The notes under the pieces were generated by a model. The model did not search any database. It was not told where the DNA came from and saw nothing but the letters and a program-made list of their open reading frames with translations. Below are positions 50,667 to 59,794 of a stretch of 64,000 nt of DNA, in pieces. The translations under genes and the position numbers were made by a program. This DNA is from Bdellovibrionales bacterium (lineage in GTDB: Bacteria > Bdellovibrionota > Bdellovibrionia > Bdellovibrionales > UBA1609), in the NCBI GenBank assembly GCA_965200875.1, contig OZ241456.1, forward strand, positions 1,216,001-1,280,000. The letters are read 5' to 3'. Position 1 is the stretch's first letter; every line of letters begins with the position of its first letter.

Positions 50667-51614
50667 TTAAATTTTTCCAACTTTAGCAAGATGCCAATAA
50701 AATTGACCTTTTTCTGTTAAACTACAACTTTTGTTATTCATAGTCGCATAATACATATGCTCTTCATCATCTGGTCTCACAAGACCATTTCTGCAATAAT
50801 CTTGTAGTATGTTCATTTTTTTTTCATTAGGATGATTTTTAGGTTCTTCGGTCGGTTCGTAACTTTTATCAAGTTTATGCTTTGAAGCTGGTTCTGGAAA
50901 AAAATTTGTTAGTTCCCTAAGTATTTGTCGCTCAATTTGCGGTTTACAAACTCTAATTGGTGTTGGTCTGGAAATATGTGTTTTAAATAAAGGACGTTGC
51001 TCCCATGCTCCAAAAATTGGTTCAACATGAGCATATATACTCGCAGTTGTAACTATCCCAAGTAAATCAGCGGCACTTCCTTTTAAAGCATCACAAACAA
51101 GTGATGTAAAAAGGCCTCCATTAATACCTTCCATTGCAACTTGATTGGGTCTGCTGGCAGTCAATATGGTAATACCTTCTCTAATGAAAGCTGAAGTACT
51201 GTCAATCTCAGGTAAAGAACCAAGTTTCCCACTAAAACAACAGTCCAACATTAGTATACATTCTTTAATTTGTGATTTGTTAGCAAGATGAAGAATCTCT
51301 CTCATAGCTACACCTTCATCATATTTTTTAGCATCCTGAGTTACAATATAACCTCCAAGATTGTTTGAGATCCCATGACCAGAAAAATAAAAGAAGGCCA
51401 TATCTGCTGGGTCTTTAAAAAGTTTTTCTATACAGGATCTTAAACCTGCTCTTGTAATTTCTGCATTATCTGAAGTTAATATTTTACACTCAAAGTTAGG
51501 AGTACCATCTTCATTTTTTGAAATCAATTTTTGGATATTTTTAGCATCTGTTATACAACCAGTTAAATGTGCTATTTCATAATCATCAATACCAACTACT
51601 AATGCTCTTTTCAT
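50667..51614 (-). CDS. Caspase-like (peptidase C14) effector
   Basis: RALVVGIDDY; FYFSGHG and LDCCFSG His/Cys dyad; overlaps the TIR gene stop. Confidence 0.92.
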   Translation of the reverse strand: MKRALVVGIDDYEIAHLTGCITDAKNIQKLISKNEDGTPNFECKILTSDNAEITRAGLRSCIEKLFKDPADMAFFYFSGHGISNNLGGYIVTQDAKKYDEGVAMREILHLANKSQIKECILMLDCCFSGKLGSLPEIDSTSAFIREGITILTASRPNQVAMEGINGGLFTSLVCDALKGSAADLLGIVTTASIYAHVEPIFGAWEQRPLFKTHISRPTPIRVCKPQIERQILRELTNFFPEPASKHKLDKSYEPTEEPKNHPNEKKMNILQDYCRNGLVRPDDEEHMYYATMNNKSCSLTEKGQFYWHLAKVGKI

Positions 51615-52018
51615 CTATTTTTACCTTCTGTCATCATTTGCGAAATGACATTTGCAATCTTATCCCAATGCCAATATATACTTCTGTTTTCCTTTAAGCC
51701 AGAAGGTAAAGTGGAATAATGGTTAGCTCCATCAACATAAACACCAAAAAAGGGAACATCTTGTTTTTGTGCCATAATAATTTCCTTTTCCACACCAACA
51801 GCATTTCCCATATTTTTACCAACTAACACTATCATTAAGGTACATTTCTTAATTTTATCTTCTACTATTCGCTCCCATTGAGATTGAGGTAGTGAAGTTT
51901 TTGATGACCAATCAGTTATTGCAAAAGGTGTTTTGGAATTTTTCGATTGACCTACAAATAAGTTTTTTTCATTTTCATTGTGATCATAATCAAAACTTAT
52001 AAACACTCTGGGTCCCAT
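51611..52018 (-). CDS. TIR-domain protein (ThsB/MTH538-like)
   Basis: RVFISFDYD, IVLVG, GVEKEI with candidate catalytic Glu. Confidence 0.9.
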   Translation of the reverse strand: MGPRVFISFDYDHNENEKNLFVGQSKNSKTPFAITDWSSKTSLPQSQWERIVEDKIKKCTLMIVLVGKNMGNAVGVEKEIIMAQKQDVPFFGVYVDGANHYSTLPSGLKENRSIYWHWDKIANVISQMMTEGKNR

Positions 52019-52183
52019 ACTCCCCTCCTCTTTTTAGAGAGATATAACAGATAAGATAAATATGTCAATATATTTTCTATCTAACATCTCTTAAAACAAT
52101 TTATTTTCATACCGCCTTATGCCTTAACAAACTGTCCAAATATGAAAACTATATCAGGTTCAGAGCACATTTTTTTTGCAATT

Positions 52184-52389
52184 ACTCCTCTGTGAAAAAG
52201 TATGTTTACTTAAGGAAAAAGGATGAAACATCTTCCTAAAACTCAGCAAGATTCCCGTTTTCACGGGAATGACAGCTGTATGAAAAGAGGTTCAATTATT
52301 ACACCCTTCTTTCATGTACCTTCTCAAGGGACGTCATTCCCGCGAAAGCGGGAATCCAGTCAAAATAACATATTTTTTCACGGGCCACT
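52184..52389. mobile_element. Short inverted-repeat element, copy E, with two ATTCCC-N8-GGGAAT palindromes
   Basis: CTCTGTGAAAAAGTATGTT...GATTCCCGTTTTCACGGGAATGAC...GTCATTCCCGCGAAAGCGGGAATCC...TTTTTCACGGGCCACT. Confidence 0.75.
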
Positions 52390-52597
52390 CATTATAATCA
52401 GTGGCCCTAAATATGAAATTAGATCAATGATCCCATTTTTTTTAATTTCTAAGATTGCACTGAAGTCGGGAACATTGTAAAATAAATAGATACAAATCAA
52501 AATAGTAATCCAACACAAATTTTAGAAGTCTGGAAATAAAAATGAAAACACAAGCTAAACCATATATATTCTGTGATCAAAATGTAATGGAGCAGAA

Positions 52598-53590
52598 ATG
52601 AATTTTAGTAAAAAACAAAAATCTGAAAATAATCGTTCAAAAGGTGAAGTATTCAAAATTGTCCAAAAATGTCTCAAAGACCCTCCCTTGATCATTTGGG
52701 GATCTGGAGCAACTATTCCTTACGGCTTGCCAAGTATGGAGAATCTAAAACAATGTCTAAAATCTGAAATAGGAAACCCAGAGGAGAATACTAACCTTGA
52801 AATAGAACTTGGAAAAATTGAAAGTCAGAATAAAATTGATAAAATTAAAAAGATTATCAGAAGTGAAGTTCTTCAAAAAAACTTGGAGTGTTTGAAAAAA
52901 TCCATACAGACACCAAATTATTTTGAAGCAATAGAAAAAATGATAAGAAAATTTTACACTGCTCACCCTCAAAAGCTGGATATTGTCACAACTAATTATG
53001 ATTGCATTTTAGAGTATGCTCTATCAAAGACTGATTATAATTTTACAGATGGATTTACCGGAAGACCACTATCAAAATTTAAGTCAGAAGTTTTTGGCAC
53101 AAAAGAAATTATCAATCTAATCAAAGTTCATGGTTCTTTAAATTGGTTTTCTGATAACAACGACAATATATTTTATTTACCCGGTGAATATAAATTTGAC
53201 AACTTGAAATATACGATGATTCCACCGGCCAGAGAGAGAAAATATCAAGAAGCTCTTTTAAAAGAACCATACAGAACTCTCATTAGAAAAACAGACAATA
53301 TAATTGAACATGCAAACAGCTTTTTGGTTGTTGGTTTTGGATTTAATGATGAACATTTGACACCAAAAATTGATGGTAAAATTAAAACAGGCACTCCCAT
53401 TGTGATTATCACTAAACAAGCCACTGATTCCTGTAAAAATAAATTGAGTAATGCTGAAAAATATTGTTTATTTGAAAGTAACGAAAATGGAACAAAAATT
53501 ACATTGAAAGAAAATAAAGATAATACTGAAAAATCCATTGAACTCAAGGGAAATTATTGGGAACTTAATAAATTTATGGAGGTTTTATGA
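52598..53590 (+). CDS. SIR2-like NADase
   Basis: IIWGSGAT, TTNYD, KVHGSLNWF, GFGFNDEH. Confidence 0.92.
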   Translation: MNFSKKQKSENNRSKGEVFKIVQKCLKDPPLIIWGSGATIPYGLPSMENLKQCLKSEIGNPEENTNLEIELGKIESQNKIDKIKKIIRSEVLQKNLECLKKSIQTPNYFEAIEKMIRKFYTAHPQKLDIVTTNYDCILEYALSKTDYNFTDGFTGRPLSKFKSEVFGTKEIINLIKVHGSLNWFSDNNDNIFYLPGEYKFDNLKYTMIPPARERKYQEALLKEPYRTLIRKTDNIIEHANSFLVVGFGFNDEHLTPKIDGKIKTGTPIVIITKQATDSCKNKLSNAEKYCLFESNENGTKITLKENKDNTEKSIELKGNYWELNKFMEVL

Positions 53591-55293
53591 ATCCAAAAGA
53601 ACAAAAGCCGTTGGGAAAAGTGGAAAGCGTGGATACGGGTAATGTGATTATCAAAGTTATTGAAGATCAAAAACTCAATAGCATTCAGGTTAATAATTTG
53701 CTTCGTATTCGCTCCACAAAAACAGGAGAAGCCATTATTGGTCTGGTTGTAAAAATTATGCGAAAATCTTCTGATAAGCCAGAACCTGATAACCCTGAAG
53801 AAATTATTGTTGAAAATGTAATAAAAGCCTGCTTGGTTGGAACATTATTGGATAAACATGGTGAAAAATCCAATGTGTTTAAAAGAACACTGGAAACAGT
53901 GCCAAGCCTTGATGCTGATTGTTTTCTTATAGAAGGTGAGGAGCTTTCAAGTTTTATGCAGTCTTTGTCTGTTGGAGATAAAGAAAAAGAAAAGTCATTA
54001 AAAATTGGAAAATATGTGATATCAAAAGATGCTGAAACTTATCTGGATGGCAATAAGTTTTTTCAAAGACATGCTGTAATTGTTGGAAGCACTGGTTCTG
54101 GCAAATCTTGGACTGTCGCTAAAATCTTGGAAAAATCCTCTCAATTACAATCTGTGAACAGTATTATTTTTGACATTCATGGAGAATACAAGCCATTAAA
54201 AGAATTGGATAATACAACTTTGTTAAAAGTAGCTGGACCTATGGATAATGAGGATAGAGAAGAAACTATATACTTGCCCTATTGGCTTTTATCCTATGAA
54301 GAAATAATGGCAATGATGTTGGATAGAAGTGATCAGAATGCTCCCAATCAGTCAAGGGCTTTGTTTGATCTGGTGATCAAACACAAAAAGAAGAAATTGA
54401 AAGAAAATCAAAAACAAGATATTCTGAATAATTTTACCATTGATAGCCCTGTCCCCTACTCTATAGGTGAAGTGTTAAAAGAACTTGAAATCAAAGATAC
54501 AGAAATGGTGCCTGGTTCTGGAAATAGAGACAAACAAGGACCTCTATATGGAAAGCTAACCCGTTTTATACAAAGGCTTAAAAGCAAACAAACTGATAAA
54601 AGATTAAATTTTCTGTTTAATAATAGTTCAAGCTTACAAAAATATGAATGGCTTGAAACTTTGGTTGAAAAACTAATGGATTTTAATAATAAGAAAGGAA
54701 ACAAAATTATTGATTTTTCAGAGGTGCCCTCAGATATATTGCCATTGATAACAGGCTTAGTGACAAGGTTGATTTTTTCCATTCAGCAATGGACTGATCT
54801 CGCTAAAAGGCATCCTATTGCCTTGTTTTGTGATGAAGCGCATTTGTATATCCCTGTTAATATAGAGACTTCCAGTGTTGAGGAGCGAGGGCTTTATAAT
54901 TTTGAAAGAGTTGCCAAAGAAGGAAGAAAATATGGGGTTTCTCTTGTAGTAATTAGTCAGAGACCGGCGGATGTCAGCAAAACTGTTTTAAGTCAATGTG
55001 GGAATTTCGTATCAATGCGACTTTCAAACCCTGATGATCAAAATGTTATAAGACGGCTATTCCCGGATAGCTTGGGAAATTTTGCTGAATTATTGCCTAT
55101 TTTAGATATAGGGGAAAGTTTAATCGTGGGAGATGCCTGTTTGCTCCCAAGCAGAGTAAAAATTGATGAACCAAAAATTAAGCCAAAAAGTGCCACAGTT
55201 AATTTTTGGGACGAATGGAAAAAAGATAAGAAAGATAAAGGGATAAAATCAGCTCTTGAAGATTTAAGAAGACAAAGCAAATCTAATAAATAA
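53587..55293 (+). CDS. HerA-like ATPase
   Basis: HAS-barrel-like N-terminus, GSTGSGKS, DIHGEY, DEAH, EGRKYG, SQRP; ATGA overlap with SIR2. Confidence 0.93.
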   Translation: MNPKEQKPLGKVESVDTGNVIIKVIEDQKLNSIQVNNLLRIRSTKTGEAIIGLVVKIMRKSSDKPEPDNPEEIIVENVIKACLVGTLLDKHGEKSNVFKRTLETVPSLDADCFLIEGEELSSFMQSLSVGDKEKEKSLKIGKYVISKDAETYLDGNKFFQRHAVIVGSTGSGKSWTVAKILEKSSQLQSVNSIIFDIHGEYKPLKELDNTTLLKVAGPMDNEDREETIYLPYWLLSYEEIMAMMLDRSDQNAPNQSRALFDLVIKHKKKKLKENQKQDILNNFTIDSPVPYSIGEVLKELEIKDTEMVPGSGNRDKQGPLYGKLTRFIQRLKSKQTDKRLNFLFNNSSSLQKYEWLETLVEKLMDFNNKKGNKIIDFSEVPSDILPLITGLVTRLIFSIQQWTDLAKRHPIALFCDEAHLYIPVNIETSSVEERGLYNFERVAKEGRKYGVSLVVISQRPADVSKTVLSQCGNFVSMRLSNPDDQNVIRRLFPDSLGNFAELLPILDIGESLIVGDACLLPSRVKIDEPKIKPKSATVNFWDEWKKDKKDKGIKSALEDLRRQSKSNK

Positions 55294-55328
55294 TTTTCTA
55301 ATTCAGGTATGTTGAAATGCAGGTATAT

Positions 55329-55994
55329 TTAAGAAAAAACTTTTGGTGTAAAGTCTTTCTCATTTTGAATGATAACATCATCTATCGCATCAACAACAAA
55401 AAAACCTTGCTTTTGAGCTAAATGGCTAGCCGATTTATTATTGGACTTTATTAAAAAAGCCATTGCTCCATAAATGGTTTTGTTTTTAAATACTGGCCAC
55501 CAGTTTGTAAAATTCTTAAGGTTTTCTGTAAATTCCTTCACATCGGAAGGATCTAAAGTGGCTTTCACTTCCACAACCACAGCCTCTTTCTCATTGATAG
55601 CGATAATATCAAACTCTGTAAAAGCGTTTTTGGCATTGGTAATGACTCTTTCCACTTCGATTCCTCTCTCCTTTAATTGCTGAGCCAGACTACCTTTGAC
55701 AAGGTTTTCACCCAGTTTGCCCCAACCATTTCCAGAATCTCCAATAACATCATTGATTTGTTTATCGATTTCTTTCATTTGTTGATTGGTTTCTTTGTGG
55801 CTGATGGTCAGCTCTTTCATTTGTTGATCGGTTTCTTTTTGGATGGCGCGAATCTCCTGCATTTCCTGCCTTGCTTCTTTATGGCTGTCTTGAAGCTCTT
55901 TTTGGTTGGCAGAAACTTCTTTTAAGTTTTTTTGTGTTTCCTTTAAAAGACTCCAGATTTCATCTGAAACAGGTACGGCTGATTGGTGACTCAT
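55329..55994 (-). CDS. Coiled-coil + PD-(D/E)XK-like protein (DUF3782-like)
   Basis: KETDQQMKE heptads, WGKLGE, EFDII...VVEVK. Confidence 0.8.
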   Translation of the reverse strand: MSHQSAVPVSDEIWSLLKETQKNLKEVSANQKELQDSHKEARQEMQEIRAIQKETDQQMKELTISHKETNQQMKEIDKQINDVIGDSGNGWGKLGENLVKGSLAQQLKERGIEVERVITNAKNAFTEFDIIAINEKEAVVVEVKATLDPSDVKEFTENLKNFTNWWPVFKNKTIYGAMAFLIKSNNKSASHLAQKQGFFVVDAIDDVIIQNEKDFTPKVFS

Positions 55995-56125
55995 TTATGG
56001 ACTCCTTATGACTATTGATATTATCATACTATAAATGTTGTGAAAAAACCATTTAAAACTGTAGGAGTTTTTGTAAGCCTCTAAAACCAAACTTTGAAAT
56101 CATCTTATGAAAATAAATTGACTTT

Positions 56126-56164
56126 GGTTTTGACCTTGACAGTCAAAACCATAAAAATTATACT
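56126..56164 (+). promoter_or_regulatory. Near-consensus sigma70 promoter with palindromic operator
   Basis: TTGACA(56136)-17 nt-TATACT(56159); GGTTTTGAC-N7-GTCAAAACC brackets the -35. Confidence 0.75.
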
Positions 56165-56170
56165 AAGTTA

Positions 56171-56225
56171 ATAGCCTGTGAAAAACCCTTTTTCCTTAAG
56201 AAAACATACTTTTTCACGGAAGACT
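56171..56225. mobile_element. Minimal inverted-repeat element, copy F
   Basis: TAGCCTGTGAAAAA...ACATACTTTTTCACGGAAGACT. Confidence 0.6.
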
Positions 56226-56280
56226 AAATTAAACAGAATTATGTACCTCTCCAAAAAATAAATTCTGGAATTTTTATTTT

Positions 56281-56547
56281 ATGGAAATAAAGATACAACA
56301 TATTATGATTATAAGTATTATTATCAGTGCTGGGATTCTTATATCTTCTATTTTAAATTTACGTAAAACAAATACTATTATTTTAGATCAAAAAATTATT
56401 AAGGAAAGTTTAAAAACAGAGAAGGACCTTATCAGAAGCATTATATATGAGACTTTAACTCAAGAACAGTATAATCTTTTAAAAGAGAAGGGGAAATTGG
56501 ATGAGAACAAGTTATACCTGATATCTGATAAACATTCGTCTAAGTAG
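56281..56547 (+). CDS. Small membrane-anchored hypothetical protein
   Basis: N-terminal TM; LTQEQYNLLKEKG.LDEN.LYLI tail. Confidence 0.55.
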   Translation: MEIKIQHIMIISIIISAGILISSILNLRKTNTIILDQKIIKESLKTEKDLIRSIIYETLTQEQYNLLKEKGKLDENKLYLISDKHSSK

Positions 56548-56670
56548 TGGTCCGTGAAAAAGTATGTTATTTCCCTGGATTCCCGCCTGCGCGGGAATGA
56601 CGTACCAAGAGGGATTTTTCTTTTTAACAGACAAGTAACCTGTTTTATCAGAGGTTTTTCACGGGTGACT
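56546..56670. mobile_element. Short inverted-repeat element, copy G
   Basis: AGTGGTCCGTGAAAAAGTATGTT...ATTCCCGCCTGCGCGGGAATGAC...TTTTTCACGGGTGACT. Confidence 0.78.
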
Positions 56671-56742
56671 AAGTAGTTGGTGGCCATGAATAAATGATAA
56701 AATATTATTATCACTTGATTTTTTTATAATTTAGGTAAAAGT

Positions 56743-57954
56743 ATGAAAAGGCAAAAAGCATTAATTACCCCTTCTGTTATTAAGTGGGCCAGAGAAACAT
56801 CTCGCTATTCCCTTGATACTGTTGCAAAAAAAATAGGAGTCTCACCAGATAAACTGAAAGAATGGGAACAAGGTGTAAGCCTGCCGAGTCTTGCACAAGC
56901 CAGAAAAATGTCAGAGATCTATAGACGACCGTTAGCGACTTTTTATCTCCCTCATCCCCCAGAGGATTTTACTTTGCTCCAAGATTTTCGTACTATGGAA
57001 GGTAAAACTCCTGAATATAGCCCTCCCTTGGTATTCTTTATGAGGCAAATACAGGAACGCCAAGCTTGGCTCAGCCAATATTTACAGGAGCAAGGACATA
57101 ACAAGCTTCACTTTATTGGTTCATTGAGTGTTAAATCCTCTGTAAAATCAGTCGCAAAAAATATTATCAATACCATTTGGGGAAATGAAAGACAATACTC
57201 TGAAGTATGGGATAACACTCGCAATGTAGAAGTTCTTTTAACTCAATGGATTAACCAGTGTGAAAGGAAAGGAATTTTTATTTCCCGGACCAGTAATTTA
57301 AACTCCCACAATCCAATACCTGTCAAAGAAGCAAGGGGTTTTGTTATTTCAGACCCGTATGCCCCTTTTATATTTATCAATTCAAAAGATGCCGAAAATG
57401 CAAAGTTATTTACACTTTTACATGAGCTTGCTCACTTATGGTTGGATATCTCTGGTGTACCGGATCATTTTTTGTCCAGTAAAAAATCAAAAGTAGAGTC
57501 TTTTTGTAATCAAACAGCGGCTGAGATACTTCTGCCACAGGAGAAGATAAAAACTTTTTCAATAGTAACCAGCTTTAATCCAAAAGAGTTAAAAGAATTT
57601 ATAAACAAACATTGTAAAACATTAAAAGTGAGTAGTCTAGCCTTGTTGATTAGATTAAAAAGTCAGTCTTTTATAAAATCTCAGATTTTTGAATCTCTTA
57701 AAAAAGAATATGTCAAGGAATCTGAACAATACAGAAAGAGAAGAGAGGAACAAATGAAAAAAAACAAAGGCGGACCTCCTGCCACCCTCTTAAAAATTTA
57801 TGCCAATGGAGAAAGTTTTACGAAAATTGTTTTTTTCTCTTACAAAGAGGGAATTTTAACTGGTCGGGAAGCTTCGAATCTTTTAGACATGAAGCTTGGC
57901 AGTCTGGAAAAAGCCATAGAGGGTAAACTCATTAAAACGACAGGGGTAATATGA
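56743..57954 (+). CDS. XRE-HTH + ImmA/IrrE metallopeptidase
   Basis: N-terminal HTH (IKWARE...EWEQG..P); FTLLHELAH; E.FCN..AAEIL.P. Confidence 0.92.
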   Translation: MKRQKALITPSVIKWARETSRYSLDTVAKKIGVSPDKLKEWEQGVSLPSLAQARKMSEIYRRPLATFYLPHPPEDFTLLQDFRTMEGKTPEYSPPLVFFMRQIQERQAWLSQYLQEQGHNKLHFIGSLSVKSSVKSVAKNIINTIWGNERQYSEVWDNTRNVEVLLTQWINQCERKGIFISRTSNLNSHNPIPVKEARGFVISDPYAPFIFINSKDAENAKLFTLLHELAHLWLDISGVPDHFLSSKKSKVESFCNQTAAEILLPQEKIKTFSIVTSFNPKELKEFINKHCKTLKVSSLALLIRLKSQSFIKSQIFESLKKEYVKESEQYRKRREEQMKKNKGGPPATLLKIYANGESFTKIVFFSYKEGILTGREASNLLDMKLGSLEKAIEGKLIKTTGVI

Positions 57955-58424
57955 AAAAATACTGCCTAGATACCAATGTTTTTATAGAACCCTGGAAAAG
58001 GTATTATTCTCCTCAATTCACAAAAGGATATTGGAATTTGCTTAAACAATATGGTAAAAAAGGTATTATTTTTGCCACAATGGAAGTGAAAAATGAAATT
58101 AAAAAAATTGATGATGATCTTTTACAGTGGGTCAAAACTTCAGAACTGTTTAGAGAACCTGATGAATCTGTGCAAACCTTTTTGAGAAAAATTATGGAAA
58201 AATATTCCAGATTGGTGGATAATGTAAAAGGTAGATCTATGGCTGATCCTTGGGTAATTGCTCATGCTCAATCTGAGGGGGCCACAGTAGTCACTACAGA
58301 GCAAAAAGCTCCTAAGAAAATAAAAATTCCGGATGTGTGCGAAAAAGAAAATATACCTTGTATTGATATTCATGATTTTGTTAAAGAATTAAAAATAGAA
58401 TTTACAGCAAAAATTAAAAAATAA
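57951..58424 (+). CDS. PIN-domain protein (DUF4411-like)
   Basis: YCLDTNVFI, ADPWVIAHA, VVTTE, KIPDVC; ATGA overlap. Confidence 0.9.
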   Translation: MKKYCLDTNVFIEPWKRYYSPQFTKGYWNLLKQYGKKGIIFATMEVKNEIKKIDDDLLQWVKTSELFREPDESVQTFLRKIMEKYSRLVDNVKGRSMADPWVIAHAQSEGATVVTTEQKAPKKIKIPDVCEKENIPCIDIHDFVKELKIEFTAKIKK

Positions 58425-58485
58425 TGGCTTTATAGATTAAATAAATATAGAAAACATGAGGATTTTAACCTAAAGAGAATAAATT

Positions 58486-59748
58486 ATGAATTTGATTACG
58501 AGTCTTCTTTTACTGTTAATTTGTGCCCGTATTTTTGGTCGGTTGTTTAAGTCTATTGGCTTTCAGGAAATTATCGGCGAAATACTGGGGGGACTATTAA
58601 TAGGTCTGACCACTTTAGTATCTCCCAACGAAGAATTAAACGGCATTGTGGAACTGGCCGTGTTTTTGTTGATTTTTGCCGCTGGGCTGGAAATGAATTT
58701 GAAAGATATTTTTTCTGCTCTTAGAAAAAAAGCTCTGATATGCGCCCTGACCAGCTTTACTATCTCTTTTACAGCTGGCATTCTTGTGTCCCGCTTCATG
58801 GACTTAAAGCTGATTCCCTCATTAGTAGTGGGACTTTGTTTTGCTATCACAGCTATGCCAGTGGTCGTTGGGTTTTTACAAAATCTGAAAATAATGGACA
58901 CCCAAGTGGGACACCTTATCATGGGTTCCACAGTCCTGATTGATATAGTGGCTCTGCTCTTCCTAGGAATCACCTTTGATATGGACAAAACACATACAGT
59001 TTTTGAGTTTATAAAAATCTTTTCTTTCAAAACATTTAAGATGGCTTTTTTCTTTATAGCCATCATGTTGGTGAATAAGTTTTTGCGGTCAGAGATTTCC
59101 CGTGCCAATAAAACCGAAAAAGCTTTTAACAAGCTTATCAGCTATCTGGGAAAAGAAGCCATTTTTGGTTTGGGAATTGTTTTTGTGTTAGGCTTTTCCA
59201 CTCTCAGTGAAGTGTTGGGTTTTCATTTTATTATAGGAGCTTTTTTCGGAGGATTGCTTTTAAACAAAGATATTATTGGAACAACCGCTTTCCTTTCCAT
59301 GACCAGAACTTTAAACGCAATTACCAGCCATTTTCTGACGCCAATTTTTTTCGCCTATATTGGGTTACATTTTTCCATTGATGCCTTTAACGAATGGAAG
59401 TTGTTGCTACTTGTAATGTCCATTGCTTTCCTTAGCAAAATTCTAGGATCGTGGCTGGGTAGTCGCTTGGCTTGCTTCACCAGTAAAGAAGCCCTGCAAG
59501 TGGGTATCATTCTTAACTCCAGAGGAGTATTAGATCTTATCGTCGCCAACTTGGCTTACTCAAAGGGTTATATTAGTGCCGATATTTTTTCCATTCTCAT
59601 ATTCTTAGGTGTCAGCAGTGTTATTATAAACCCTTTTCTATACAGGAGATTTATTCCCTCTTCCTCCTCCCCTCCTCCTTCCTCTCCATCCGGGAAAGAA
59701 AACCACGACAAAAAAGAAGAGAACGACAAAGGCATTTATATCCGATGA
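58486..59748 (+). CDS. Cation:proton antiporter (CPA2 family)
   Basis: Multiple TMs; IIGEILGG, AGLE, GAFFGG, PIFF, RG motifs. Confidence 0.9.
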   Translation: MNLITSLLLLLICARIFGRLFKSIGFQEIIGEILGGLLIGLTTLVSPNEELNGIVELAVFLLIFAAGLEMNLKDIFSALRKKALICALTSFTISFTAGILVSRFMDLKLIPSLVVGLCFAITAMPVVVGFLQNLKIMDTQVGHLIMGSTVLIDIVALLFLGITFDMDKTHTVFEFIKIFSFKTFKMAFFFIAIMLVNKFLRSEISRANKTEKAFNKLISYLGKEAIFGLGIVFVLGFSTLSEVLGFHFIIGAFFGGLLLNKDIIGTTAFLSMTRTLNAITSHFLTPIFFAYIGLHFSIDAFNEWKLLLLVMSIAFLSKILGSWLGSRLACFTSKEALQVGIILNSRGVLDLIVANLAYSKGYISADIFSILIFLGVSSVIINPFLYRRFIPSSSSPPPSSPSGKENHDKKEENDKGIYIR

Positions 59749-59794
59749 AAAGAGGACTCTTGTAATTTTGTGGAAAAAGTGCCATAAAGATAAT

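Noticed and set aside
52223..52480. 85-aa ORF (also 48225-48428 and 56460-56714)
   Set aside because: Translations of the palindromic repeat element (SFPRKRES / DSRFHGND), not genes
48217..56670. Integron attC cassette array
   Set aside because: Repeats lack clear RYYYAAC/GTTRRRY cores, genes are in mixed orientation, and no intI is present
45640..58480. Prophage or ICE integrated at tRNA-Glu
   Set aside because: No integrase, structural or conjugation genes, and no repeated tRNA 3' end found
58563..59132. 189-aa antisense ORF (and similar antisense ORFs over sucA, miaB, herA, gspEF)
   Set aside because: Antisense to well-supported genes, with no recognisable motifs
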